Positions 6,500 to 14,867 of a DNA stretch of 64,000 bases are shown one piece after another. Origin of the DNA: an uncultured Actinomycetota bacterium (GTDB lineage: Bacteria > Actinomycetota > Actinomycetes > Actinomycetales > CAWJMD01); assembly GCA_963715595.1 (NCBI GenBank), contig OY970255.1, positions 2,450,842 through 2,514,841 of the forward strand. Direction: 5' to 3'. The position numbers were made by a program, and so were the translations under genes. The notes below the pieces were generated by a model that worked only from the letters and a program-made list of their open reading frames with translations, was not told the origin of the DNA and did not search any database. Numbering within the stretch: position 1 is the first letter of the stretch; each line of letters starts with the position of its first letter.

Positions 6500-8651
6500 T
6501 CAGGAACTTTTCTCGGCGACGACCGCGAGCACCTGCTCGCCGTACCGCTCGACCTTGGTGCGGCCGATGCCCGAGATCTTCAACAAGCCCTGCACGTCAA
6601 CGGGTTTCGCGAACGACAGCGCCTCGAGCGTGGCGTCGGTGAAGACGACGTAGGCGGGCACCTTCTGCTCCTTGGCGACCTGCGCCCGCCACTCGCGCAG
6701 CGCCTCGAACAGCGCCTCGTCGTGGTCGGGCGGGCAGGTGGAGCAGCGTCCGATCTTGCGCTCGACGGCGGTGGACAGCCGCGCGCCGCACCCCCGGCAG
6801 GTGGTGTGCAGCGACGACCGCCGGGCCCGGCGGCGGGCGGCCGCGCCCTCCTCGGGGGCGCCGCGACGGCGCGCGGCGGGTCCGCCGGCCAGGCCGTCGA
6901 GGAAGCGGGAGCGGCGGCGGGTGGCGCGTGCGCCCGGGGTGCGGGCGCCGGCCCACGACAGCACCAGCCGCTCGCGGGCGCGGGTGACGCCGACGTACAG
7001 GAGCCTGCGCTCCTCCTCGACCTGCTCGGGCGAGTCGGCCGCGAAGGAGATGGGCACCAGCCCCTCGCTGAGGCCGACGATCGCCACGACGTCCCACTCC
7101 AGGCCCTTGGCGGCGTGCAGCGACGACAGTGTCACGCCGTCGACGACCGGGGCGTGCTGGGCCGAGGCCCGCTCGTCGAGGTCGGCCACCAGGTCGGGCA
7201 GCCGGGCGTCGGGGCGCACGATCGCGAGGTCGTCGGCGAGCACCGCGAGCGCCTGCAGCGACTCCCACCGCTCGCGCACCGCCCCGGAGCCGGCGGGCGG
7301 CTCGTGCGTCCAGCCCGACCCCGCGAGCACGGCCCGCACCGTCTCGCCCAGTGGTTCTGAGCCGTCGTCGGCGCGCGCGGCGCCGCGCAGCAGCAGGATC
7401 GCCTGGCGCACCTCCTGGCGCTGGAAGAACCGCTCGCCGCCGCGGACGAGGTAGCCGACGCTCCTTGTTCGGCGAGCGCCTGCTCGATCGCCTCGGACTG
7501 GCCGTTGGTGCGGTAGAGCACCGCGATCTCGCGGGCCGCCGTGCCGGCGTCGACGAGCTGCTTGATGCGGGTGGCGAGCCACTCGGCCTCGGCGACGTCG
7601 TCGTCGTGCTCGACCACCTCGGGCTCGGGACCGGAGGGGCGCTGGGCGACCAGCTCGACCCGGGCGGTGCGCGCGGACGCCGGCGCGCGGTCGAGCAGGC
7701 CGTTCGCGAGCGCCACCACCTGCGGGGTGGAGCGGTAGTCGCGCACCAGCTTGACCAGCGCGGCGTCGGGGTAGCGGGTGCGGAAGCCGAGCAGGTGCTT
7801 CGGGTCGGCCCCGGCGAAGGAGTAGATGGTCTGGCTGGCGTCGCCGACGACGCACAGGTCGTCGCGCTCGCCCAGCCACAGGTCGAGCAGCCGCTGCTGC
7901 AGGCCGCTGACGTCCTGGTACTCGTCGACGACGAACTGGCGGTACTGGCCGCGCACGGTGGCGGCGATGTCGGGCCGGTCCTCGAGCACGCCCGCGGTGA
8001 GGAGCAGGACGTCCTCGAAGTCGATGACGCCGCGGTCGGTCTTGAGCTCCTCGTAGCCGCGCAGCAGGCGCGCGACGGTGACGGGCGTCGAACCCGCCGA
8101 CCGAGCGCGACGCCCGGGCCGCCGCGGCCGGGTAGTCGTCGGGGTCGACCATGCTGACCTTGGCCCACTCGATCTCGGCCGACAGGTCGCGCACGGCCGC
8201 GCGGTCGACCTGCAGCCGCAGCCGCGCCGCCGCCGCGCCCACCAGCGGCGCCTTGTGGCCGACCAGCTCGGGCAGCGGGCCGCCGACCGCCTGCGGCCAG
8301 AAGTACTGCAGCTGGCGCAGGGCCGCGGAGTGGAACGTGCGGGCCTGCACCCCGCCGACGCCGAGGTCGCGCAGCCGGGTGCGCATCTCGCCCGCGGCGC
8401 GGGCGGTGAACGTGACGGCGAGCACCTGCTGCGGCACGTAGCGCCCGGCGTGGACGCCGTAGGCGATGCGGTGGGTGAGCGCCCGGGTCTTGCCGGTGCC
8501 GGCGCCCGCGAGCACGCACAGCGGGCCGGTGAGGGTGGTGGCGACCTCGCGCTGCTCGGGGTCGAGCGCCTCGAGCACCGCGTCGGCGCGGCTCGCGGGG
8601 TCGGCGCCGCTCGACGTCGACGTCCGGGGCGGTCTGGCTCACCGGACCCAT
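6500..8651 (-). pseudogene. uvrD2: UvrD2-type ATP-dependent DNA helicase (tetracysteine + C-terminal HRDC). The frame is disrupted as sequenced.
   Basis: The N-terminal part reads ..LCVLAGAGTGKTRALTHRIAYGV.. and the C-terminal part reads ..LHAAKGLEWDVVAIVG..YVGVTRARERLVLSW..CRGCGARL..RCSTCPP..HRDC (VFTDATLEALSFAKP..LLKISGIGRTKVERYG). Both are in ORF 6500..8578. The middle section (..VTVARLLRGYEELKTDRGVIDFEDVLLL..FVVDEYQDVSGLQQRLL..RDYRSTPQVV..) is in ORF 7132..8706, with frame switches near 8083 and 7460. A further shift near 8609 may link the ATG at 8651 (MGPVSQTAPDVDVE) to the helicase frame. The conservative start is GTG 8578. Confidence 0.85.
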
Positions 8652-8735
8652 CCTGCCTGCTGCCCCCGACAGCCACGGCGCCGGTCACGGGACCCGGTCG
8701 GAACACCCGTCGCGGCCGGGTGGTTGAGTGCTGGC

Positions 8736-8997
8736 ATGACGACCCCGACGCTGCCGTCCGCCGGCACGGTGACGATGTTCAGCACCACCTGGTGCGGCTA
8801 CTGCCGCGTGCTCAAGCAGGCACTCGACCGCGAGGGCATCGGCTACGCCGAGGTGAACATCGAGGACGAGCCGGGCGCCGCCGAGTACGTGCAGCAGGTC
8901 AACGGCGGCAACCAGACGGTGCCCACCGTGCTGTTCCCGGACGGCTCCGCGCTGACCAACCCCTCGCTCGCGCGAGGTCAAGGCGGCCCTGGCCTGA
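8736..8997 (+). pseudogene. Mycoredoxin/glutaredoxin-like protein. A 1-nt insertion near the 3' end fuses it to the next gene as sequenced.
   Basis: The sequence is MTTPTLPSAGTVTMFSTTWCGYCRVLKQALDREGIGYAEVNIEDEPGAAEYVQQVNGGNQTVPTVLFPDGSALTNPSLA.. Shifting by one base after ..NPSLA gives EVKAALA*, the canonical mycoredoxin C-terminus. The span of 262 nt equals 3n+1. Confidence 0.75.
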
Positions 8998-9008
8998 CCC
9001 CTCCCCGG

Positions 9009-9647
9009 GTGCGCCCGGTCTCCCCCGCGGTCCTCGCGGACGAGGTGGCCGACCGGGCCCTCGGCGTGCTCGCGTCCGGACGGGTGTGCGCCCGCGTGGG
9101 GGTCGACGGCGCCGTGCCCGACGACGCCGTCGCCCTCGCCGACCTGGTCGCCGAGCGGCTGCGCGAGCACGGGCGGGCGGTGCTGAGGGTGTCGGCGGCC
9201 GACTTCCTGCGGCCGCGCTCGGTGCGGCTCGAGCACGGCACGCGCGACCCCGACACCGGGTACGAGTGCTGGTTCGACCACCTGGCGCTGCGCCGCGAGG
9301 TGCTCGACCCGCTCGGTCCGGGCGGCGACCTCACCTGGCTGCCGACGCTGTGGGACGCCGGGCGCGACCGGGCGACCCGGGCGGCGCGCCGGCCGGCCGC
9401 GGCCGGCAGCGTCCTGGTGCTGGACGGCAGCTTCCTGCTGCGGTGGGAGACCGCCGACGCCCTCGACGTCGGCGTCCTGCTGCTGGCCGGCGACGCCGCC
9501 CTGGCGCGGCGGCTGCCCGACGGCGACGTCGAGCGGGTCGCCGGCGCCTGGCGCCGCTACCTCGAGGAGACCTGGCCCGAGCAGCGGGCCGACGTGGTCG
9601 TCCGCGTCGAGCACCCCGACCGCCCGGCGGTCGTCGAGCCCTCGTGA
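9009..9647 (+). CDS. Uridine-kinase-like / nucleoside kinase family protein (weak assignment)
   Basis: The 212-aa ORF starts at GTG 9009: VRPVSPAVLADEVADRALGVLASGRVCARVGVDGAVPDD...VLVLDGSFLL...VLLLAGDAAL.. I called the family from general resemblance only. Confidence 0.45.
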   Translation: MRPVSPAVLADEVADRALGVLASGRVCARVGVDGAVPDDAVALADLVAERLREHGRAVLRVSAADFLRPRSVRLEHGTRDPDTGYECWFDHLALRREVLDPLGPGGDLTWLPTLWDAGRDRATRAARRPAAAGSVLVLDGSFLLRWETADALDVGVLLLAGDAALARRLPDGDVERVAGAWRRYLEETWPEQRADVVVRVEHPDRPAVVEPS

Positions 9648-9656
9648 CGCGTGCGC

Positions 9657-10568
9657 CTAGCGCCAGGTGCCGCTCTCGGGCAGCGCGCCGCCGTACCAGT
9701 GCTCGACCAGGCGGCGGGCGATCGAGATGCCGCTGGGCAGCAGCACCTCGCCCGCGGCGGCGAGGTCGCGCAGCTCGTCGCGGGTGAACCAGCGGGCGTC
9801 GGTGACCTCGTCGTCGTCGACGACGATCTCGGTGCTGGTCGCCACCGCGGAGCAGCCGATCATCAGCGACGCGGGGAACGGCCAGGGCTGGCTGCCGAGG
9901 TACTGCACCGGGCCGACGACGACGCCGGCCTCCTCGTGCACCTCGCGGCGCACGGCGTCCTCGAGCGACTCGCCGGGCTCGACGAACCCGGCCAGGGTCG
10001 AGAACCGCCCGGGCGGCCAGGAGCCGCCGTGGCCGAGCAGCAGCCGGTCGTCGGCGTCGCGCACCGCCATGATCACCGCGGCGTCGGTGCGCGGGTAGTG
10101 GTCGGAGCCGTCCTCGGTGCAGGTGCGGGTCCAGCCCGACGTGGTCGGCCGGGTGGGCGCCCCGCAGCGCGGGCAGCGGGTGTGGGTGGCGTGCCAGTTG
10201 GCCAGGGCCTGCGCCGTGGTGAACAGCCCGGCGTCGCGGTCGCCGAGGTCGGCGCCGACCTCGCGCAGGGTGCGCCACGCCTCGCCCGGTGCGTCGACGG
10301 CGGGCTCGCACACGGCGAGGTGCTCGCGGCCGTCGGGTGCGCGCCCGAGGTACAGCCAGAGGGCGGGGTCGGCCGCGTCGTCGCCGCGGTCGAGGACGAG
10401 CTCGTGCCCCGCCGTGAGGGCGCGGTCGCCGCGCAGCCGCAGCACGGCGGTCGCGGGGTCGGCGCGCAGCCGGTCGACCAGGTCGGGGTCGGTGCGGCGG
10501 TGGGCGTCGCGCTCGACGCCGGACCGGGCGAGCAGCAGGTGGCCCAGGGGGCCGACGTCCGGGCGCAC
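9657..10568 (-). CDS. nudC: NAD(+) diphosphatase (NADH pyrophosphatase), Nudix family
   Basis: It has a zinc-ribbon (CPRCGAPT...TC) and a Nudix box (GFVEPGESLEDAVRREVHEEAGV), followed by QPWPFPASLMIG. The position next to mycoredoxin and uvrD2 matches M. tuberculosis. Confidence 0.85.
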   Translation of the reverse strand: MRPDVGPLGHLLLARSGVERDAHRRTDPDLVDRLRADPATAVLRLRGDRALTAGHELVLDRGDDAADPALWLYLGRAPDGREHLAVCEPAVDAPGEAWRTLREVGADLGDRDAGLFTTAQALANWHATHTRCPRCGAPTRPTTSGWTRTCTEDGSDHYPRTDAAVIMAVRDADDRLLLGHGGSWPPGRFSTLAGFVEPGESLEDAVRREVHEEAGVVVGPVQYLGSQPWPFPASLMIGCSAVATSTEIVVDDDEVTDARWFTRDELRDLAAAGEVLLPSGISIARRLVEHWYGGALPESGTWR

Positions 10569-10615
10569 GTCGCCACCCTACGGCGGGCACCGGCGCAGGG
10601 CCGTACGGTGGTCCG

Positions 10616-11533
10616 GTGCCTCGTTCGCCCCTCGTCCTCGCCGCGCTCGCCAGCGCCGCCGAACCCGGGCTGGTCCCCGTCTCGACGCGACCCACCACGT
10701 CCGAGGGCGGCGACTACGACACCGCGGTGGTCAGCGACGACCGCGGCCGGCACTGGATCGTGCGGGCGCCGCGTCGCCCGGCCGCGGGGGCGGCGCTGGA
10801 GTCCGAGCGCGCCCTGCTGGCGCGACTGCGCGGCACCGGGCTTCCGTTCGCGCTGCCCGACCCACGCCGCACGGTCGACCTGCCCGAGGGCGGACGCGCG
10901 ATGGTCTACCCCTACCTCGACGGCACGCCGCTGCACCCCGGCGACCTCGCGCCGGGCCCTGGCCTGGCGCCGGCGCTCGGGCGCGCGCTGGCGGCGCTGC
11001 ACGACCTGCCGCGCTCGGTGATCGAGGACGCCGGGCTGCCGTCCTACGGCGCCGACGAGTACCGCACCCGCCGCATCAGCGAGGTCGACGAGGCGGCGGC
11101 GACGGGCCACGTGCCGAGCGGCCTGCTGACCCGCTGGGAGAAGGCTCTCGAGGACGTCGGCCTGTGGCGGTTCCAGCCCACCGTCGTGCACGGCGACCTG
11201 GCCGCCGAGCACGTGCTCGTCGACGGCACCGAGGTCGTGGGGCTCGTCGACTTCGGCGAGGCCAAGGTGGCCGACCCGGCCGACGACCTCGCCTGGATCG
11301 CCGTCGGCGCCGACGAGCGCGCGCTCGACACCGTGCTGGAGTCGTACGCGATCGCGCTCACCGACCAGCCCGACCGGCACCTGTCGACCCGCGCCCGGCT
11401 GGCCGGCGAGCTCGCGCTGGCCCGCTGGCTGCTGCACGGCGTCCGCACGTCCGACCAGGTCGTGGTCGACGACGCCGTCGGCATGCTGCGCGAGCTCGAC
11501 GCCGACGTCGGCGGCACCCCGCTCACCGACTAG
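10616..11533 (+). CDS. Phosphotransferase (aminoglycoside/macrolide phosphotransferase-like kinase fold)
   Basis: It carries the APH-type catalytic motif VVHGDLAAEHVLVDGTEVVGLVDFGEAKVADPADDLAW. The 305-aa ORF is intact. Confidence 0.7.
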   Translation: MPRSPLVLAALASAAEPGLVPVSTRPTTSEGGDYDTAVVSDDRGRHWIVRAPRRPAAGAALESERALLARLRGTGLPFALPDPRRTVDLPEGGRAMVYPYLDGTPLHPGDLAPGPGLAPALGRALAALHDLPRSVIEDAGLPSYGADEYRTRRISEVDEAAATGHVPSGLLTRWEKALEDVGLWRFQPTVVHGDLAAEHVLVDGTEVVGLVDFGEAKVADPADDLAWIAVGADERALDTVLESYAIALTDQPDRHLSTRARLAGELALARWLLHGVRTSDQVVVDDAVGMLRELDADVGGTPLTD

Positions 11534-14500
11534 CCGCCTCCTGCGGCACCGCCGCCAGCACCCGCTCGAGCAGCTGCTGGTCACCCTCGTCGTCGAGCCA
11601 GACGGTGCGCCCGGCCGCGACGTGCACGAAGGCGGCCCGGACGTGCTCGGGCGGTACGCCGTGCAGCCGCGCCCAGGCCAGCCGGTACACGGCGAGCTGC
11701 ACCTGCGCGGCGCGCAGGGCGTCGCCGGTGGGCACCGCACCGGTCTTCCAGTCGACGACCACGAAGCGCGGACGCCCGTCGTCGCCGGTGCCGTCGCGGA
11801 ACACCGCGTCGATGCGCCCGCGCAGCACGGTGCCGGCGACGGAGGTCTCGAGGTCGACCTCGACGTCGAGCACCTCGCGGTCGGCCCACTCGCTGGCCAG
11901 GAAGGCCTGCTGCAGCGCCTCGAGCTGCGGCGGTGCGGCGTCGTCGCGGTCGCCGCCGCCGGCGAGGTCGTCGAGGTCGAGCAGCGCGTGCGAGCGCAGG
12001 TGCTGCTCGACCCACTCGTGGAAGGTGGTGCCGAGCCGGGCCTGCTCGCGGGGCTCGACGGGCACGGGGCGGCGCAGCGCCAGCGCGAGCTCGGCGGGGT
12101 CGCGGGCCAGCCGGACGGCGCGCGAGGCCGACAGGTGCGGGGGCAGCACGACCTCGCGGGCGCTGCGGCGCACCAGCGCGCGCTCGGCCAGCAGCCGGTC
12201 GACCTCGTGGCCGAGGGCGGCGACCACCGGGCTGGCCGGCACCAGCGCGAGCTGCCCGGTGGGGTCGCCGGCCGCACGCGCCGCGCGCACGGCCGCAGCG
12301 GCCCGCAGCAGCACGACGTCGTCGGCCGCGGGCGGCGGCCACGGCCGCACGGTCGGCACGGACTGCAGCGGGTTCGGGCCGTCGGGCGGGTGGTCGAGCC
12401 GCTCGGGCAGGCACCCGACCAGCTCGGCGCGGGCGTCGCCGGTGAGCGCCGCGACCGCCTCGCGCAGGAACCGTGACGGCGTCATCGGGGTCTTGCGGGT
12501 GCCCCACCACGAGCCGCTGAGCAGCAGCAGGTGCCGGGCCCGGGTGACGGCGACGTAGGCGAGCCGCCGCTCCTCGCGCACCTCGTGGGTGCCGCACGCC
12601 AGCTTGTGCTCGGCCACCGAGGCGGCGGCCTCCTTGACGTGCGCGACCGAGCGCCACGGCCAGGCGGGTAGCGAGCGCGCGTCGCCGCGCAGCTCGTACG
12701 GCAGCGAGCCGATCGGCGTCAGCCACCCGGACGCGGAGTCGCGACCCTCCTTGGTGCGCCCGGCGGGGAACTTCTCCTCGACCAGGCCCGGGACGGCGAC
12801 GACGTCCCACTCCAGCCCCTTGGCGGCGTGCACGGTGAGCACCTGCACCGCGTGCGGGTTCACCTGCACCTCCTCGGGCACCGAGGCGGCGTCGGCGTCG
12901 TGGCCGGTGACGTCGTCGGCCTGCTCGAGGCCGCGCTCGCGGGTCTCGGCCGCGCGCAGCCAGGCCAGGAACGCACCGAGCGTGGGCCGGTCGGAGGTGT
13001 CGTGGAAGCGGGCCGCGACGTCGGCGAACGCGTCGAGCTGGGCCCGGGTGGCGGCGGCGTCGGGCCGCCCGCCCGCCGCGAGCTCGACGTCGAGCAGCAG
13101 GGTGCGCTCGACCTCGACGACCAGCTCGGGCAGCGAGAGGTCGACGGCGCGGCGCAGCCGGGCCAGCTCGGACGACAGCTGCTGCAGCCGCTCGCGGGCC
13201 GCCGCCGAGAACGCGTGCCCGGCCGGGCTGCGCCAGCCGGTGGGCGGCAGCTGGTCGAGGGCCTCGACGACCGAGGACTCGTCGACGACGTCGGGATCGT
13301 GCACCGGGGCCTGGTCACCCTCGGGGCGGGGCGCCGCACCCTCGGGGCGGGCGAGCTGGCGGGCCCAGGCGCCCAGCGCCACCAGGTCGCGCGGACCGAG
13401 CCGCCAGCGCGGGCCGGTGAGCAGTCGCACCAGGGCGTCGCCGCGCAGCGGGTCGTGCAGCACCCGCAGGGTCGCCACGACGTCGGCCACCTCGGGCCGG
13501 TGCAGGAGCCCGCCGAGGCCCACGACCTCGACCGGGACGCCCAGCTCGCGCAGCGCCTGCTCGACCGCCGGGAACTGCGCCCGCTGGCGGCACAGCACCG
13601 CGACGGTCGCGTCGCCGGGCGCCCGCCAGACCTGCGCGACCCGCGCGGCGAGGTCGGCGACCTCGTCGTCGACGGTGTCGTGCCAGGCCACCCGCACCGC
13701 GCCCGCCGGCGCGTCCGGACGCGGCCGCAGCCCGCGGACCGGCACGCCGCCCGGCTCGGCGAGCGGGGCCGACAGCGCGTTGGCGAGGCCGAGCACCACC
13801 TGCGGGTTGCGCCACGACGTCGACAGGCCGTCGACCCGGGCGGTGCCCCCCGTCCCGTCGCGGAAGGTCTCGCGGAAGGTGGTGAGGTTGCCGGCGCTGG
13901 CGCCGCGCCAGCCGTAGATCGACTGGTGCGGGTCGCCGACCGCGGTGACCGCGTGGCCGTCGGCGAACAGGCTGGACAGCAGCGCGAGCTGGGCGTGCGA
14001 GGTGTCCTGGTACTCGTCGAGCAGCACCACCGCGTACTGCGACCGCTCGGCGACCGCGACCTCGGGCACCTGCGCCAGCCGCGCCGCCAGCCCCACCTGG
14101 TCGCCGAAGTCGAGCACGCCGAGGTCGCGCTTGCGGCGTGCGTAGGCCTGCAGCAGCGGGACGAGCGCGCGCCGCGTGCGCAGCGACCGCAGCACCCGGC
14201 CGAGCTCGGACGAGGGCGTGGGGCCGGTGGCGGCGCCGCCCCTGTCGTCCTTGGGCAGCCCGACCAGGCGGGTCTCGACGTCGTCGACCAGCCCGGTGAG
14301 GTCGGTGGGGTCGAGCAGGTGCTCGGCGCACTGACCCGCCAGCGCCAGCACCGCGCCGACCAGGGTGTCGAGCGCGTACCCGAGCGGCTCGAGCGCGGTG
14401 GCGTCCCAGGACTCGACGACCTCGTGGGCGAGCTGCCACGTGGCGGCCTCGCCGAGCAGCCGGGCGCCGGGCTCGAGCCCGAGCCGCAGCCCGTGGTCGG

Positions 14501-14867
14501 CGACGAGCGACGCGGCGTAGGCGTTGTAGGTGGACACGCGGGGCAGGGCGTCGAGACCCGTTGCGGCGGTGGGGTCGTCGGTCGGCGGGGGCAGCACCCG
14601 GCGCAGCGCGCGCAGCCGCCGCGTCAGCCGCTCGGACAGCTCGCCCGCCGCCTTGCGGGTGAAGGTGAGGCCCAGCACGGCGTCGGGCGCGACCAACCCG
14701 TTCGCGACCAGCCAGACCACCCGCGAGGCCATCGTCTCGGTCTTGCCCGAGCCCGCCCCCGCCACCACGAGCTGCGGGGCCAGCGGCGCCTCGACGACCT
14801 CGGCCTGCTCGGACGTGGGTGCCGGCAGGCCGAGCAGCGCGGCGACCTCGGCGGCCGAGCGGCTCAC
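11523..14867 (-). CDS. adnB: Helicase-nuclease AdnB (UvrD-like motor + RecB-like nuclease)
   Basis: Motifs seen are VVAGAGSGKTETMASRV, LLDEYQDTSHAQ, TVHAAKGLEWDVVAV, YVAVTRARHLLLLS, and the C-terminal nuclease RGRIDAVF...VVVDWKTG...QLAVYRLAW. I placed the start at GTG 14867, which overlaps the adnA stop (GTGA). Confidence 0.8.
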   Translation of the reverse strand: MSRSAAEVAALLGLPAPTSEQAEVVEAPLAPQLVVAGAGSGKTETMASRVVWLVANGLVAPDAVLGLTFTRKAAGELSERLTRRLRALRRVLPPPTDDPTAATGLDALPRVSTYNAYAASLVADHGLRLGLEPGARLLGEAATWQLAHEVVESWDATALEPLGYALDTLVGAVLALAGQCAEHLLDPTDLTGLVDDVETRLVGLPKDDRGGAATGPTPSSELGRVLRSLRTRRALVPLLQAYARRKRDLGVLDFGDQVGLAARLAQVPEVAVAERSQYAVVLLDEYQDTSHAQLALLSSLFADGHAVTAVGDPHQSIYGWRGASAGNLTTFRETFRDGTGGTARVDGLSTSWRNPQVVLGLANALSAPLAEPGGVPVRGLRPRPDAPAGAVRVAWHDTVDDEVADLAARVAQVWRAPGDATVAVLCRQRAQFPAVEQALRELGVPVEVVGLGGLLHRPEVADVVATLRVLHDPLRGDALVRLLTGPRWRLGPRDLVALGAWARQLARPEGAAPRPEGDQAPVHDPDVVDESSVVEALDQLPPTGWRSPAGHAFSAAARERLQQLSSELARLRRAVDLSLPELVVEVERTLLLDVELAAGGRPDAAATRAQLDAFADVAARFHDTSDRPTLGAFLAWLRAAETRERGLEQADDVTGHDADAASVPEEVQVNPHAVQVLTVHAAKGLEWDVVAVPGLVEEKFPAGRTKEGRDSASGWLTPIGSLPYELRGDARSLPAWPWRSVAHVKEAAASVAEHKLACGTHEVREERRLAYVAVTRARHLLLLSGSWWGTRKTPMTPSRFLREAVAALTGDARAELVGCLPERLDHPPDGPNPLQSVPTVRPWPPPAADDVVLLRAAAAVRAARAAGDPTGQLALVPASPVVAALGHEVDRLLAERALVRRSAREVVLPPHLSASRAVRLARDPAELALALRRPVPVEPREQARLGTTFHEWVEQHLRSHALLDLDDLAGGGDRDDAAPPQLEALQQAFLASEWADREVLDVEVDLETSVAGTVLRGRIDAVFRDGTGDDGRPRFVVVDWKTGAVPTGDALRAAQVQLAVYRLAWARLHGVPPEHVRAAFVHVAAGRTVWLDDEGDQQLLERVLAAVPQEAASR

